A stretch of DNA of 64,000 bases from Planctomycetes bacterium UBA1146 (GTDB lineage Bacteria; Planctomycetota; UBA8108; UBA1146). Every line of letters begins with the position of its first letter. Position 1 is the first letter of the stretch. This document shows positions 41,424-50,769 of this stretch, piece after piece. The position numbers and the translations under genes were made by a program. The stretch covers positions 214,829 to 278,828 of the forward strand of contig DCAA01000026.1 in NCBI GenBank assembly GCA_002311345.1. Direction: 5' to 3'. The notes under the pieces were generated by a model. It did not search any database, was not told the origin of the DNA, and saw nothing but the letters and a program-made list of their open reading frames with translations.

Positions 41424-42415
41424 CGCTTCTCCTCCACGTCCTGGACCGGATTGGAGGCGAGTGATTCACGAATCACCTCGAGTGCCCCCGTTCGAAGCGC
41501 TCCTGCGGCAGGAAAGCGAGGAGCGCGTACTCTCTCCGATCCTCGCCCCACCTCCTGCTGGACCAGTTTGATCAGTTGCACGAACTCTGGCACACAATCG
41601 AGCCGCAACAGCGGCAAGAACCAGCTGTATATTTGATCCGCCTCGCGGGCCGCGGCTGGATCCTCGAGCCCTTGAACTGCTTTCTCGAACAGCAGCACTG
41701 ACTCTCTGGGCATTGCATTGACCAGACCGGCAATCCAACCCACTGCCCCCTGACGCACCGCTTCCACAACCATGTCATCGAGTCCCGCAAACAGGGCGAG
41801 TCGATCACCAACGATGGAATGTATTGCAGTGATACGACGAGCATCTCCACTCGAGTCCTTCACCGCACAAAGTCTCTCGCTTCGCTCGGCCAGACTTGCG
41901 ATCCAGCCCGGAGAAAAATCGACTCCGTATGCGATGGGATTGTTGTAGAGGATGCAGGGAAGATCTGTCGACTCGATCACCGCTTCGACGTGCGCCTCGA
42001 CTTCATGGAAGGGTCCCCTGTGGATGTAAGGGGGAAGAACCATCAATCCCCGAGCCCCCATCACCTTCGCGGTCGCGGCGAGTCTCCCCGCTTCCCGGGT
42101 AGAAGCTGCAGCGATACCAGGAATCACCGGAACCCGATCCCCGACCGCTCTGACAACAGTGTCGATGATCTTCTGCTTCTCATCGAATGAAAGAGTGGCT
42201 CCTTCGCCAAGCGATCCGCACGGGATGATTCCGGAGGCACCCTGTTGGACGAGCCAGTTGCAGTGCTCCGCGAGAAAAGCGTAATCCACATCATCCGCTT
42301 CGGTGAAGGGTGTGGTCACCGCTGGCATGACACCTGCCCAGGTGATGGAGGCGATGGGATTCGGATTCATAGATCTCCTTTGTGTGCAGGGGCACCCGAG
42401 GCCCGGATGGTGCAC
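41420..42415 (-). CDS. DapA/dihydrodipicolinate-synthase-family enzyme (candidate pyrroline-4-hydroxy-2-carboxylate deaminase or related lyase)
   Basis: Class I aldolase DapA-family sequence (…GVMPAVTTPF…GSLGEGATLS…). Start may be the internal Met (MNPNPIAS…). Confidence 0.75.
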   Translation of the reverse strand: MHHPGLGCPCTQRRSMNPNPIASITWAGVMPAVTTPFTEADDVDYAFLAEHCNWLVQQGASGIIPCGSLGEGATLSFDEKQKIIDTVVRAVGDRVPVIPGIAAASTREAGRLAATAKVMGARGLMVLPPYIHRGPFHEVEAHVEAVIESTDLPCILYNNPIAYGVDFSPGWIASLAERSERLCAVKDSSGDARRITAIHSIVGDRLALFAGLDDMVVEAVRQGAVGWIAGLVNAMPRESVLLFEKAVQGLEDPAAAREADQIYSWFLPLLRLDCVPEFVQLIKLVQQEVGRGSERVRAPRFPAAGALRTGALEVIRESLASNPVQDVEEKR

Positions 42416-42493
42416 GATCCTACCAGCGCAGGAAAGGCGTCACATCCGCTGATGGAAAGTGAATTCGTGCCGGGGCCAGGAGCACCCTCGAGC

Positions 42494-43444
42494 CTAATTG
42501 CGAGATCTGCGTGTCACGAGCCAGAAGAGTACCGGGGCTCCGAGGGCTGCCGTCACAACTCCTACCGGAATCTCCCGCTGATCCACCAGAACCCTGCCGA
42601 TGGAATCGCAAAGTGGTAAGAAGACCGCGCCCAGCAACATCGAACCGGGAATCAGGATTCTCGGAGCAGCCCCGACAATTCTCCGAACGATGTGTGGACA
42701 GATCAGGCCGACGAACGCAATGGGACCACAGGTCGCTACACACGCCGCCACGCCGAGGGATGCAAAACCTAACCCGAGAGTTCGAATGCGAGGCACCTCG
42801 ACGCCACGAGTCCGAGCTCGCTCTGTCCCGGAAACGAGCACTTCCAGCGGTCGGATCAACCACACCAATCCAAGCAGTGTGATCACTACGAACGGGGTCA
42901 ACATCGCGATGCGATCCATTCCTACCATCGTCAAACTCCCCAGCGACCAGCGCAGGGCACTGAGTGACGTGATCTGGTCAACACCGAGTCGTAACGTTGA
43001 AGACACGGCACCGGTTGCTAACGTCAGGGCGATTCCTGCCAGCAAGACGTCTTCCGTGCGAGCACGATTTCTCGAGGCAACCGCGGAGATCACCAGCGTC
43101 ACCGTCAACGCACCGATGAAGGCCGCCGCTGGTAACAGTGGAAAACCGAGCAGAGTACTTCCACTGCCGAGGACCAGCGCTGCCAGAACTCCGAGAGTCG
43201 CTCCCGCCGTGGTCCCGACGGTGCTCGGGGTTGCCAGCGGATTCTGGAGCAGGATCTGCACAACTGCCCCCGCCGCAGAAAGAACCGCTCCGACCAGTGC
43301 CCCGGCCAGAGCCCGGGGAAGTCTCAGTTCGATGAGAATCAGATCACCGCGCTCTCCGGCCAGCGATGGCCCGACCCACGCGGTTGCCACCACGATGGCG
43401 GTACCCACCAGGGTCCATCCGAGCAGACGAAGCGGAGCCGTCAT
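42494..43444 (-). CDS. FecCD-family ABC transporter permease (metal-chelate/B12-type)
   Basis: BtuC/FepD-like 9-10 TM protein, 316 aa. Confidence 0.85.
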   Translation of the reverse strand: MTAPLRLLGWTLVGTAIVVATAWVGPSLAGERGDLILIELRLPRALAGALVGAVLSAAGAVVQILLQNPLATPSTVGTTAGATLGVLAALVLGSGSTLLGFPLLPAAAFIGALTVTLVISAVASRNRARTEDVLLAGIALTLATGAVSSTLRLGVDQITSLSALRWSLGSLTMVGMDRIAMLTPFVVITLLGLVWLIRPLEVLVSGTERARTRGVEVPRIRTLGLGFASLGVAACVATCGPIAFVGLICPHIVRRIVGAAPRILIPGSMLLGAVFLPLCDSIGRVLVDQREIPVGVVTAALGAPVLFWLVTRRSRN

Positions 43445-44223
43445 GACAGATCCTCCTCCATTGCCGGCAGCCAGAACTCATTGCCTGCCGATTCCATGCG
43501 ATGGAAGGGCACCCCATGAATCTGCTCGAGACCTTGCCCGAACTGGTCGTGATCGAGTTGCCCCTGCCAGACGATCTTCCCTTCGCGCAGGCCGATGACC
43601 CGAGTCCTGGATGCATCGACATGGCCCAGCAGATGAACGTCATGAAGTGCGACCAGTGCTGTAGTTCCCTCGCTGACCTTACCGTCGAGAAAACGTAGGG
43701 TTCTGGCTCGCCACACCGGATCGAGATGATTGGCGGGTTCATCGAGGAGCCAACATCGAGCCTGTTGGGCGACCATCGTCGCCAGTTCGACACGCTGACG
43801 CTCTCCACCGGAGAGTTCCGTCACATAGCGTCGAGCAAGATCTCCCGCTCCCGCCTCTGCCAGCGCGATGTGGGCTGCCTCGAGAGCCACGGCCCTCGGT
43901 TCGTCGAACCGATACCGAGATGCCGCCACTACATCTTCAACCAGCAGTGCATCGGTAGTGGATCCCTCCTGGGGAAGCCATGCCATCACACTCGCACGAT
44001 GTTTCGCACCCATCGATGAGAGTTGCTTTCCTTCCACCTGGACGGTGCCCGAATCGAGCGATACAAGTCCGAGCAGGGCCTTGATCAGCGTGGTTTTCCC
44101 TGAACCGTTAGCCCCGATGATGGCGATCATCTCCCCCTCTGCGACCTCGATGGAAACGTCATCGAGGATGGGGAGACCGCCGGCGAGAACCGTTGCGTTG
44201 TTGAGAGCCAGCAGTGCTGCCAT
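43441..44223 (-). CDS. ABC transporter ATP-binding protein (FepC/BtuD-like)
   Basis: Walker A GANGSGKTT, signature LSGGERQRV, Walker B LLDEP. Confidence 0.9.
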   Translation of the reverse strand: MAALLALNNATVLAGGLPILDDVSIEVAEGEMIAIIGANGSGKTTLIKALLGLVSLDSGTVQVEGKQLSSMGAKHRASVMAWLPQEGSTTDALLVEDVVAASRYRFDEPRAVALEAAHIALAEAGAGDLARRYVTELSGGERQRVELATMVAQQARCWLLDEPANHLDPVWRARTLRFLDGKVSEGTTALVALHDVHLLGHVDASRTRVIGLREGKIVWQGQLDHDQFGQGLEQIHGVPFHRMESAGNEFWLPAMEEDLS

Positions 44224-45101
44224 CAGGGATCTCCCCGCTCCAGTTGCTCGACCTGTTGGCGGATCGCTGCAACCAGTTCAATCAACTCCGGTCCCTCGTC
44301 GAGGACGCGGGGGTGAAATATGCGCGCTATTTTTTTCCGCCTGACCGCCTGGAGCCCCTCCAGCGCCGAGTATTCTCGCCTCAGTTGCTCGGACGTACCA
44401 CTCGATGCGCCATTCCCGGTGGCCAGATGCAAAATGATGTCGGGATCGATCTGGTGCAGACGCTCGAGGGACATCTGCGGGGTGCCTCGCATCGTTTCCG
44501 TGATGGCATTTCGACATCCTGCTGCTTCCAGCGCCGCTCCATGAATTGAGTTCGGTTTGATGACCCAGAGTCCACCCGACTCGTCGAAGGAATTCCCGAT
44601 GACCAGAAGAACCCGTGGCGACTCGGGGGTAACTTGCGAATGGAGGGCCTCTCGCATTCTCCGCGCCAGATCAACTGCAGCCTCCTGACGATTCACCAGA
44701 GATCCGATGATCTCGATGCTGTTTGCCACCTCCTCGACCGTGGACCAGGGAAGTTCCACCGGAGTTCCGACCCTCCTCAATTCATCGTGGGGTAATCCTG
44801 CTGCAGAACGAACCAGCAACAGACGAGCACCGGAGCGTAAGATCCGTTCCAGATCTGGTGCGAGAGCTGTCCCCCCTCGGGGAATTTCATCGGGGGCAAA
44901 ACAGTAATCACTCACCAGCGTGATGGACCCGGCAGCATCGAGAGCCTGCAATGTTGCAGTGATGCAGGGCGCCAATGAGGCGATCGGTTGACCCGCCTCC
45001 ACTGCGGGAATTCCCGACAGCGGTTGAGGTGCCAGCATCCCGGAGATGGTGATCGCCAGCGCTGCCAGGCTGCAGATGATGATGAGAGAGACACGGTCCA
45101 T
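44223..45101 (-). CDS. Periplasmic substrate-binding protein, cluster-A/TroA-BtuF-like (Peripla_BP_2)
   Basis: Signal peptide; class III SBP length and fold-type sequence; first gene of the three-gene ABC set. Confidence 0.7.
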   Translation of the reverse strand: MDRVSLIIICSLAALAITISGMLAPQPLSGIPAVEAGQPIASLAPCITATLQALDAAGSITLVSDYCFAPDEIPRGGTALAPDLERILRSGARLLLVRSAAGLPHDELRRVGTPVELPWSTVEEVANSIEIIGSLVNRQEAAVDLARRMREALHSQVTPESPRVLLVIGNSFDESGGLWVIKPNSIHGAALEAAGCRNAITETMRGTPQMSLERLHQIDPDIILHLATGNGASSGTSEQLRREYSALEGLQAVRRKKIARIFHPRVLDEGPELIELVAAIRQQVEQLERGDP

Positions 45102-45153
45102 CGGCTCGCTCCGAACTGAAGTGATCCGGAGGAAGATACCCGATCAGAAAGCC

Positions 45154-46707
45154 CTAGTGTCCATCGGTCGAGGAGAGTTCCGTCCTTGGAGAAGGGCAGG
45201 TAGACCACGGTGGCCGCACCGAATCGTGCTCGAGGGTATCGCCGAGCGCCAGGATCGGCATGCAGACCCTCCCCTGGCAGGGACCCATGCCGATCCGGTG
45301 CTGGATCCGGGCCTGCCTCAGCGACCTGACCCCGCGGATGCTGGAAGAGACAACGTCCTCGCAGCGACAGACGATGACGTCTTCAACCACTGATCGGATC
45401 AAATCAGGACGCAGCGAATGAGTCCGCTCGAGGGCAATCCCCCAGCCTCGATGACGCCGTAGTTTCTGCATCAGTTGAAAAGAAGGAGTACCTGCCGCCG
45501 CCACGGTTCCTGCGATCTGTCCCGAGGCCAGAGCCGCCTCGCTTCCTGCGATACCGGTCGGCTCCCCGGCACACAGTACTCCCTCGACACTCGTGCGCTG
45601 GTAGCGGTCCACTTTCACTCGACCGTCCTTTTCGAGCACGCAACCGAGACCTTGTGCAACACGGGTTTCAGGAATAAGACCATAACCAACGGCCAGACCA
45701 TCGACCTCCTCGACTCGCGTTACGTTGCCGATCTTCAGATATACCTTCTCGACACGCTGGTTCCCCTGCGCCTTCACCGGCCAGCAAGATGAAATTTTCT
45801 CGACTCCCCGAAGAGTCTTCCACAGTTGCCACACTTCTCTCATCCGTTCGGGCGAAGCCAACAGGGAGAAAGCCAGTGGGACACGCTGAAGTAAGGATGC
45901 CTGCTCGGCGAGAATCACCTCGGCACCTTCCGAGACCGCTATCGCTGCGACCGCCAGAAGAAGTGGACCGGTACCTGCGATGACATATCGTTTCCCCTTC
46001 ACATCGAGGCCCCCTTTGATGAGGGATTGCAGTGCGCCGGCTCCCACCACCCCCGGAAGAGTCCAGCCGGGGAAGGGCAGAAATCGTTCACGGGCACCGG
46101 TGGCGACGATGATCTTCTGGCAACGGACGCGGGTACGGGCGCCGCTGATGACGGAGGCTGCCTCGAGCCATCCGACCTCCCCGTCGATCACCGTGGCTCC
46201 CTGCAACCGGCGAACTCCCGCTCGATCGGCTTTATCGATCCAGTATCGAACCACGGCAGGCATCTGGCCCCGATGGGCCCAGATCCGCCCTCCTGGCCGA
46301 GCAGACTCATCGATCAGCAGCACGTCCTGTCCCAGTTCTGCAGCGACACAGGCAGCGGAGAGACCTGCCGGTCCCGATCCGATGACGACCACACCGGTCT
46401 CATCTTCGACGATGTCGGTAGTTTCCACGGTGGGAAGGAGTTTCTTCTCGAGCGGACGCTCGGTGGTGATCTCCATCCCGTCTTGCACGGTGACGAGACA
46501 GGTTCTCACCAGGCGATGACCATCGACCATCGCTCGGCACTCATAGCAACTCCCCATGGCGCAAAGCACACCACGCTTGTCCCCACACGGAGAAGAACGG
46601 AACGCAACGATTCCTTCTCCCATCAAAGCGGCCGCCAGTTGAGTCCCGGATCGCACTTCGAGAACGGTACCGTCGACTCGGATGGATACTTTCTCCTGTG
46701 AGTTCAT
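45154..46707 (-). CDS. Opine-oxidase subunit A / HcnB-like FAD/NAD(P)-binding oxidoreductase with N-terminal [2Fe-2S] module and BFD-like [2Fe-2S] domain
   Basis: N-terminal Cys cluster (SPCGDKRGVLCAMGSCYEC), Rossmann GVVVIGSGPAGLSAA, BFD-like CRCEDV…CQGRVC. Confidence 0.8.
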   Translation of the reverse strand: MNSQEKVSIRVDGTVLEVRSGTQLAAALMGEGIVAFRSSPCGDKRGVLCAMGSCYECRAMVDGHRLVRTCLVTVQDGMEITTERPLEKKLLPTVETTDIVEDETGVVVIGSGPAGLSAACVAAELGQDVLLIDESARPGGRIWAHRGQMPAVVRYWIDKADRAGVRRLQGATVIDGEVGWLEAASVISGARTRVRCQKIIVATGARERFLPFPGWTLPGVVGAGALQSLIKGGLDVKGKRYVIAGTGPLLLAVAAIAVSEGAEVILAEQASLLQRVPLAFSLLASPERMREVWQLWKTLRGVEKISSCWPVKAQGNQRVEKVYLKIGNVTRVEEVDGLAVGYGLIPETRVAQGLGCVLEKDGRVKVDRYQRTSVEGVLCAGEPTGIAGSEAALASGQIAGTVAAAGTPSFQLMQKLRRHRGWGIALERTHSLRPDLIRSVVEDVIVCRCEDVVSSSIRGVRSLRQARIQHRIGMGPCQGRVCMPILALGDTLEHDSVRPPWSTCPSPRTELSSTDGH

Positions 46708-47882
46708 CGACCGACACCGGCCACAAAGAACTCGATCTTCTCTGCCGCCTCCCCGGCATCCATGATCGCCCCTGCTAGCGATGCGAGTCGCGCCACTTCA
46801 AGAAGGTGCTCACGATCACGCTCGAGATCGATGCGGTTCAACAGCATCGATTGTGACTGGTGGCCGTTGAGCCATGCGGTGAAGGCGAGGCCCACCTTGT
46901 AAAGATGGGTGGGTTCCTCGAAGACCTTTTGACCATATTTCTCACAGGGTTCCATCCAGCGTCTGTATCCGCTCACATCACCTGCCGCCAGGTGGCGAAG
47001 AGCGCGACCGGCAGGGATCGCGACTCCGTCGAGAACTCCGAGCAACGGATGGCTGAAGTCGCCATCAGGAATCTGACGATCTCCCAGCAACACGGTCCCT
47101 GTCGGTGCCTGACCATCTCCCTCGATGAGAGCACTGAAGTGCAAATCATCTCCGGTCAGCACGATCTGGCCGCGATCTCGACAGTGGCCACGAACCTGCA
47201 GCTCCAGATCGTGATCCAGTAGCGACATCTTGACCCCCCGGACCTTGTCCGGGTCGATCTCCAGGATCTTCCGCAGCGAATCGCCAGGGAAGTAGCCCTC
47301 CAGTTCGGCAAGAAACATCGGGCCGAGCCAGTGGATGAAGAGCGGTCCTTCACACTGCTCGAAGATGGAGCGATAGGTCGAGATGAACTGTTCCTCGTCA
47401 CTCCCCCACTGACACAGCCACGGCATCGGCAAGATGATGGGGATGCCGCCGACCTGCTGGATGATGCCAACCTGCTCGACCACTGCATCGATCAGGGTCG
47501 TGAGATCGGCGACATCGTCACACTGATCCGCTCCGGCACCGGCGATGAACCCCGTCTTCAGCTCCAGCGCACCGCACTCATCGATGAGCCGACGAGCGGT
47601 TGGCCAACCCAGTTCAAAACGCTGCGCGGTGTCCATCGCCTCGGCGATGCCAAATCCCTGTCGAGCCAGATGCTGGCGAAAGACCATCGTTTGGTTCCAG
47701 TCGACATGCTCGCTGACATTCGATGGTTTTGGATCATCGCTGTAGGAGTCCTTGAGGATGATATGCGCTGCAGCGTAGCCGATTCGTACCGATGCAGAGG
47801 TAACCGGTTCCGGCTCGCTGTCGAGATGCCCATCTTCGAGCAGAAGAGGTTCTCTCCCCGTGATAGGAAGTTCGATCCTCAT
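46704..47882 (-). CDS. DUF993-like TIM-barrel protein of unknown function
   Basis: …RIGYAAAHIILKDSY…DWNQTMVFRQHLARQGFGIAEAMDTAQR… recalls DUF993; start set at the internal ATG overlapping the upstream stop by 4 nt. Confidence 0.45.
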   Translation of the reverse strand: MRIELPITGREPLLLEDGHLDSEPEPVTSASVRIGYAAAHIILKDSYSDDPKPSNVSEHVDWNQTMVFRQHLARQGFGIAEAMDTAQRFELGWPTARRLIDECGALELKTGFIAGAGADQCDDVADLTTLIDAVVEQVGIIQQVGGIPIILPMPWLCQWGSDEEQFISTYRSIFEQCEGPLFIHWLGPMFLAELEGYFPGDSLRKILEIDPDKVRGVKMSLLDHDLELQVRGHCRDRGQIVLTGDDLHFSALIEGDGQAPTGTVLLGDRQIPDGDFSHPLLGVLDGVAIPAGRALRHLAAGDVSGYRRWMEPCEKYGQKVFEEPTHLYKVGLAFTAWLNGHQSQSMLLNRIDLERDREHLLEVARLASLAGAIMDAGEAAEKIEFFVAGVGR

Positions 47883-49312
47883 CCGGTGAGACCTGCCCAC
47901 CAGCCAGGAACCGCGGAAACCGTCACCCAGATCAGGAATGCACTCAGCACCAGTGTCGCCAGCAAGATGGTGCCCTGCCACAGCATCGCTTTCATCCCCT
48001 CAGGACGCTCGTCACCGAGATATGCCTTGGATCGCTGCATCTTGAGAATACCGATGTAGACCGCAGGAAGCAGAAATCCGGTCAGAATCGTCGTCGGTAC
48101 AGCGATCCAGATCCGAATATCTCCCCAGAAGAATGCCCCCAGAACTCCCGGCGTCGGCAGCAAACAAGCCAGGCGAAACTTGGTCGATCCAACCTTCCAG
48201 CCAAAGGCCTCACAGGCAGCGAAACCGCAGCAAACCATGTGCATCGTGATGCTACTGGTGACCATGGCCAGGAGCCCCAGATCGAACAGAATTCGAGAAG
48301 TCACGGTGCCGAAGGTCTGACCGAGGATCTTCGCCGCATCTACGGGAGCGAAGCCCTTGCCGGGGAAGGGGATTCCATCGGGTCCGAAGGTACTCGCTGC
48401 CGCCACCACGATGAGTGTCGTGGTCAACAGGTAAGGAACGAACATTCCGGCGAACAGATCAAACTTCGCCAGTGATCTGTGTTCCTTTCCCCATCCCCTC
48501 GCCAGTAACGAATACGGGTAGAGAAATACCATGTTGGCACCGATGGCGGCCGCCAACCCGGCCACCACCAGACTCAGGGCATCAATTGACTTGGTCTCGT
48601 CGCCTCCCGGAGTGAATGTCTCCCCAATCCCACCAGGGACAAACCCCGAGAAGAATGCGCCGGGATCACTGAGCCCCGTCTTCACGACAACGGCAGCGAA
48701 ACACAGCACGATCAGCCACACCATCACCTGCATGCTGCGCTCGAACAGTCTCAGTAGCACCGGCGACCGACCATAGGTGGTCGACCACATGACGGCCCAC
48801 GTCAGAACCAGCAGCCCCCCCATCCAGCGCGAAATTCCCGTTCCGCTGACCGCTCCGATGTCCTCGATCGCTGCCGATGCGAGGGCGTACTGGGCAAAGT
48901 GCCAGATGACACTCGACAGCACCGCTCCGGCGATGAAGGCAAAGGCGAAGAAGGGTCCGGCGTGTTCGCGAATTGCCGGCAATGGTCTTTTTCCGGTCGA
49001 CAGGGTCTGGTGCGCGACCGCCGACAGCACCGCCATTCCCAGCAGCATCGAAACCGGAGCAACCCACAACAGCCGGTAACCGAAAGCGCCACCGGCCAAC
49101 AAGGTTGCGGCCGCAGTACCGCCGCCGAGGGTCAATGCACTCTGCAGATAACCCGGGCCACCTCGCCTGAGATAAGACATCCATCTCCTGGCGACGGGGG
49201 CACTCTCGAGTGACGTGAGCCACTTCTTTTCCTCGGCCAACACCGCCGGATCTGGTGGCTGCACCATCGGAAGGACTACTGGCTCCTGCTGACCCGATTC
49301 TGATTCATTCAT
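47879..49312 (-). CDS. NRAMP-related membrane transporter lacking the canonical DPGN metal-binding motif
   Basis: NRAMP-like GPGYLQSALTLGGGTAAATLLAGGAFGY (compare [23 protein letters not shown]); 11-12 TM, 477 aa. Confidence 0.65.
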   Translation of the reverse strand: MNESESGQQEPVVLPMVQPPDPAVLAEEKKWLTSLESAPVARRWMSYLRRGGPGYLQSALTLGGGTAAATLLAGGAFGYRLLWVAPVSMLLGMAVLSAVAHQTLSTGKRPLPAIREHAGPFFAFAFIAGAVLSSVIWHFAQYALASAAIEDIGAVSGTGISRWMGGLLVLTWAVMWSTTYGRSPVLLRLFERSMQVMVWLIVLCFAAVVVKTGLSDPGAFFSGFVPGGIGETFTPGGDETKSIDALSLVVAGLAAAIGANMVFLYPYSLLARGWGKEHRSLAKFDLFAGMFVPYLLTTTLIVVAAASTFGPDGIPFPGKGFAPVDAAKILGQTFGTVTSRILFDLGLLAMVTSSITMHMVCCGFAACEAFGWKVGSTKFRLACLLPTPGVLGAFFWGDIRIWIAVPTTILTGFLLPAVYIGILKMQRSKAYLGDERPEGMKAMLWQGTILLATLVLSAFLIWVTVSAVPGWWAGLTG

Positions 49313-50769
49313 CCATTCTTCCCCTCCCGGGAACTCTGTTTGGCACTCGCTTTGGCAATTTTCAGATCAGCAGCAGCGGGGTGATTCTTGTAATGATCAT
49401 CAAGCGGAAAACAGCCGCTCAGAAGGCCATTGCGTGGCGCCGTTGTGCAATCGCTGAATGTTCTGCAGATGAGTTTTTTTGGCATCTGTCGTCCGTGAAT
49501 GACATCTCTTGGCAAGTCTGGATAAGAAAGCATCGAACGACCGAGACCGATCACATCCTGGTAACCGTTGCGGATCTCGTGCTGGGCCACCGCAGGGAGC
49601 CACTCCTGCAGATAACTCCAACCGGTTCCGACCAGACCGAGATCGGGGAATTCGCTACGAATCCGTCTCGCCGCCCGCAAGTGCTGGGCCACTCCAACGA
49701 GCGGATCTTCCGGCGGTAGATATCCATCACTGGGTGGATACTGCGCAGGTCGCTGCCGGTGGGGACAATAGTACGGAGATCCGATGGTCAGGTTGAGCCA
49801 ATCGATACCGGCCTGCTGGAGCATCGAGACCAGTTGCAACGGTTCATCCCAGCATGGCTGCAGCGGGTCTTGCGGATCGATGCCGAAACCATGTTCGTAG
49901 GATTCGCTGCCGGGCCAGTCCGGCTCGCCAGCCCCATCAGTGGACTCGCGGAAGGGCACCACATCGGTCACCGACAATCGGACCCCGATGCCGAGACCGG
50001 GAACAGCACTCCTTACCTGTGCGATCAAATCCCTCAGGAAGCGACTTCGGCCCTCGAGATCTCCGCCGTAGCGACCCGGGCGAGCACGAGCGGATAACAA
50101 CTCATGGATCAGATATCCGTGACAGGCCTTGAGATCGACGAAGTCAAACCCGGTATCGAGGGCGCATCTGGCCACCTCGACGTAACGCTGTGCGATCGTT
50201 TCCAGATCGGTATCGGAGAGGATCTGGTCGGATGTCGCACCGACCCGGGCATCGAGTATCGGATGCTCGAAGGCGATAAGAGGAGAGGCCCCCTGGCGGT
50301 TCGGCCGTGACCACCTTCCCGAGTGCGTCAGTTGCAATCCGGTGATCGACTGCCTGGGCGCTTCTTCTCCGATGCCCTCGCGACCGCTGGCAAGAGCGGA
50401 TCGGAGGGATTCCAGTGCGCGACAGGTATTGTCTCGATCCCGATGAAACAGTTGATTCGGATTTGCACGCCCATCCTCACGCACGGCGAACGCCTCACCG
50501 CCCCAGATCAGAGCAGCACCACTCTGGCCGAAGCGTCGCCAGCGACGCAGTGTCTCCTCGGAAGGAAAACCATCGGACTGTGCATCCCAGCCCTCCATGG
50601 GATGAACGGCGAAACGGTTCGACAGTGCCCAACCCCCCTTCTCGATGGCCGATCCCAGTGGACCTGGCGACTCGACCTCGTCATCGAGATCGAGTTCGGG
50701 GGCAATCTCCTTCCAACGAGCGCGAAAGGCATCGACATCTCTATAGCGGTTAGGAGAGACGATCTTCAT
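49309..50769 (-). CDS. Old Yellow Enzyme-family NADH:flavin oxidoreductase
   Basis: Old Yellow Enzyme (OYE) TIM-barrel motifs (…LKACHGYLIHELLS…); start at internal ATG (MKIVSP…) overlapping the upstream stop as ATGA. Confidence 0.8.
   Translation of the reverse strand: MKIVSPNRYRDVDAFRARWKEIAPELDLDDEVESPGPLGSAIEKGGWALSNRFAVHPMEGWDAQSDGFPSEETLRRWRRFGQSGAALIWGGEAFAVREDGRANPNQLFHRDRDNTCRALESLRSALASGREGIGEEAPRQSITGLQLTHSGRWSRPNRQGASPLIAFEHPILDARVGATSDQILSDTDLETIAQRYVEVARCALDTGFDFVDLKACHGYLIHELLSARARPGRYGGDLEGRSRFLRDLIAQVRSAVPGLGIGVRLSVTDVVPFRESTDGAGEPDWPGSESYEHGFGIDPQDPLQPCWDEPLQLVSMLQQAGIDWLNLTIGSPYYCPHRQRPAQYPPSDGYLPPEDPLVGVAQHLRAARRIRSEFPDLGLVGTGWSYLQEWLPAVAQHEIRNGYQDVIGLGRSMLSYPDLPRDVIHGRQMPKKLICRTFSDCTTAPRNGLLSGCFPLDDHYKNHPAAADLKIAKASAKQSSREGKNG

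Noticed and set aside
42600-43598. 332-aa plus-strand ORF across the ABC permease/ATPase genes
   Set aside because: Antisense to clear FecCD and ABC-ATPase coding sequence; Arg/Pro/Ser-rich.
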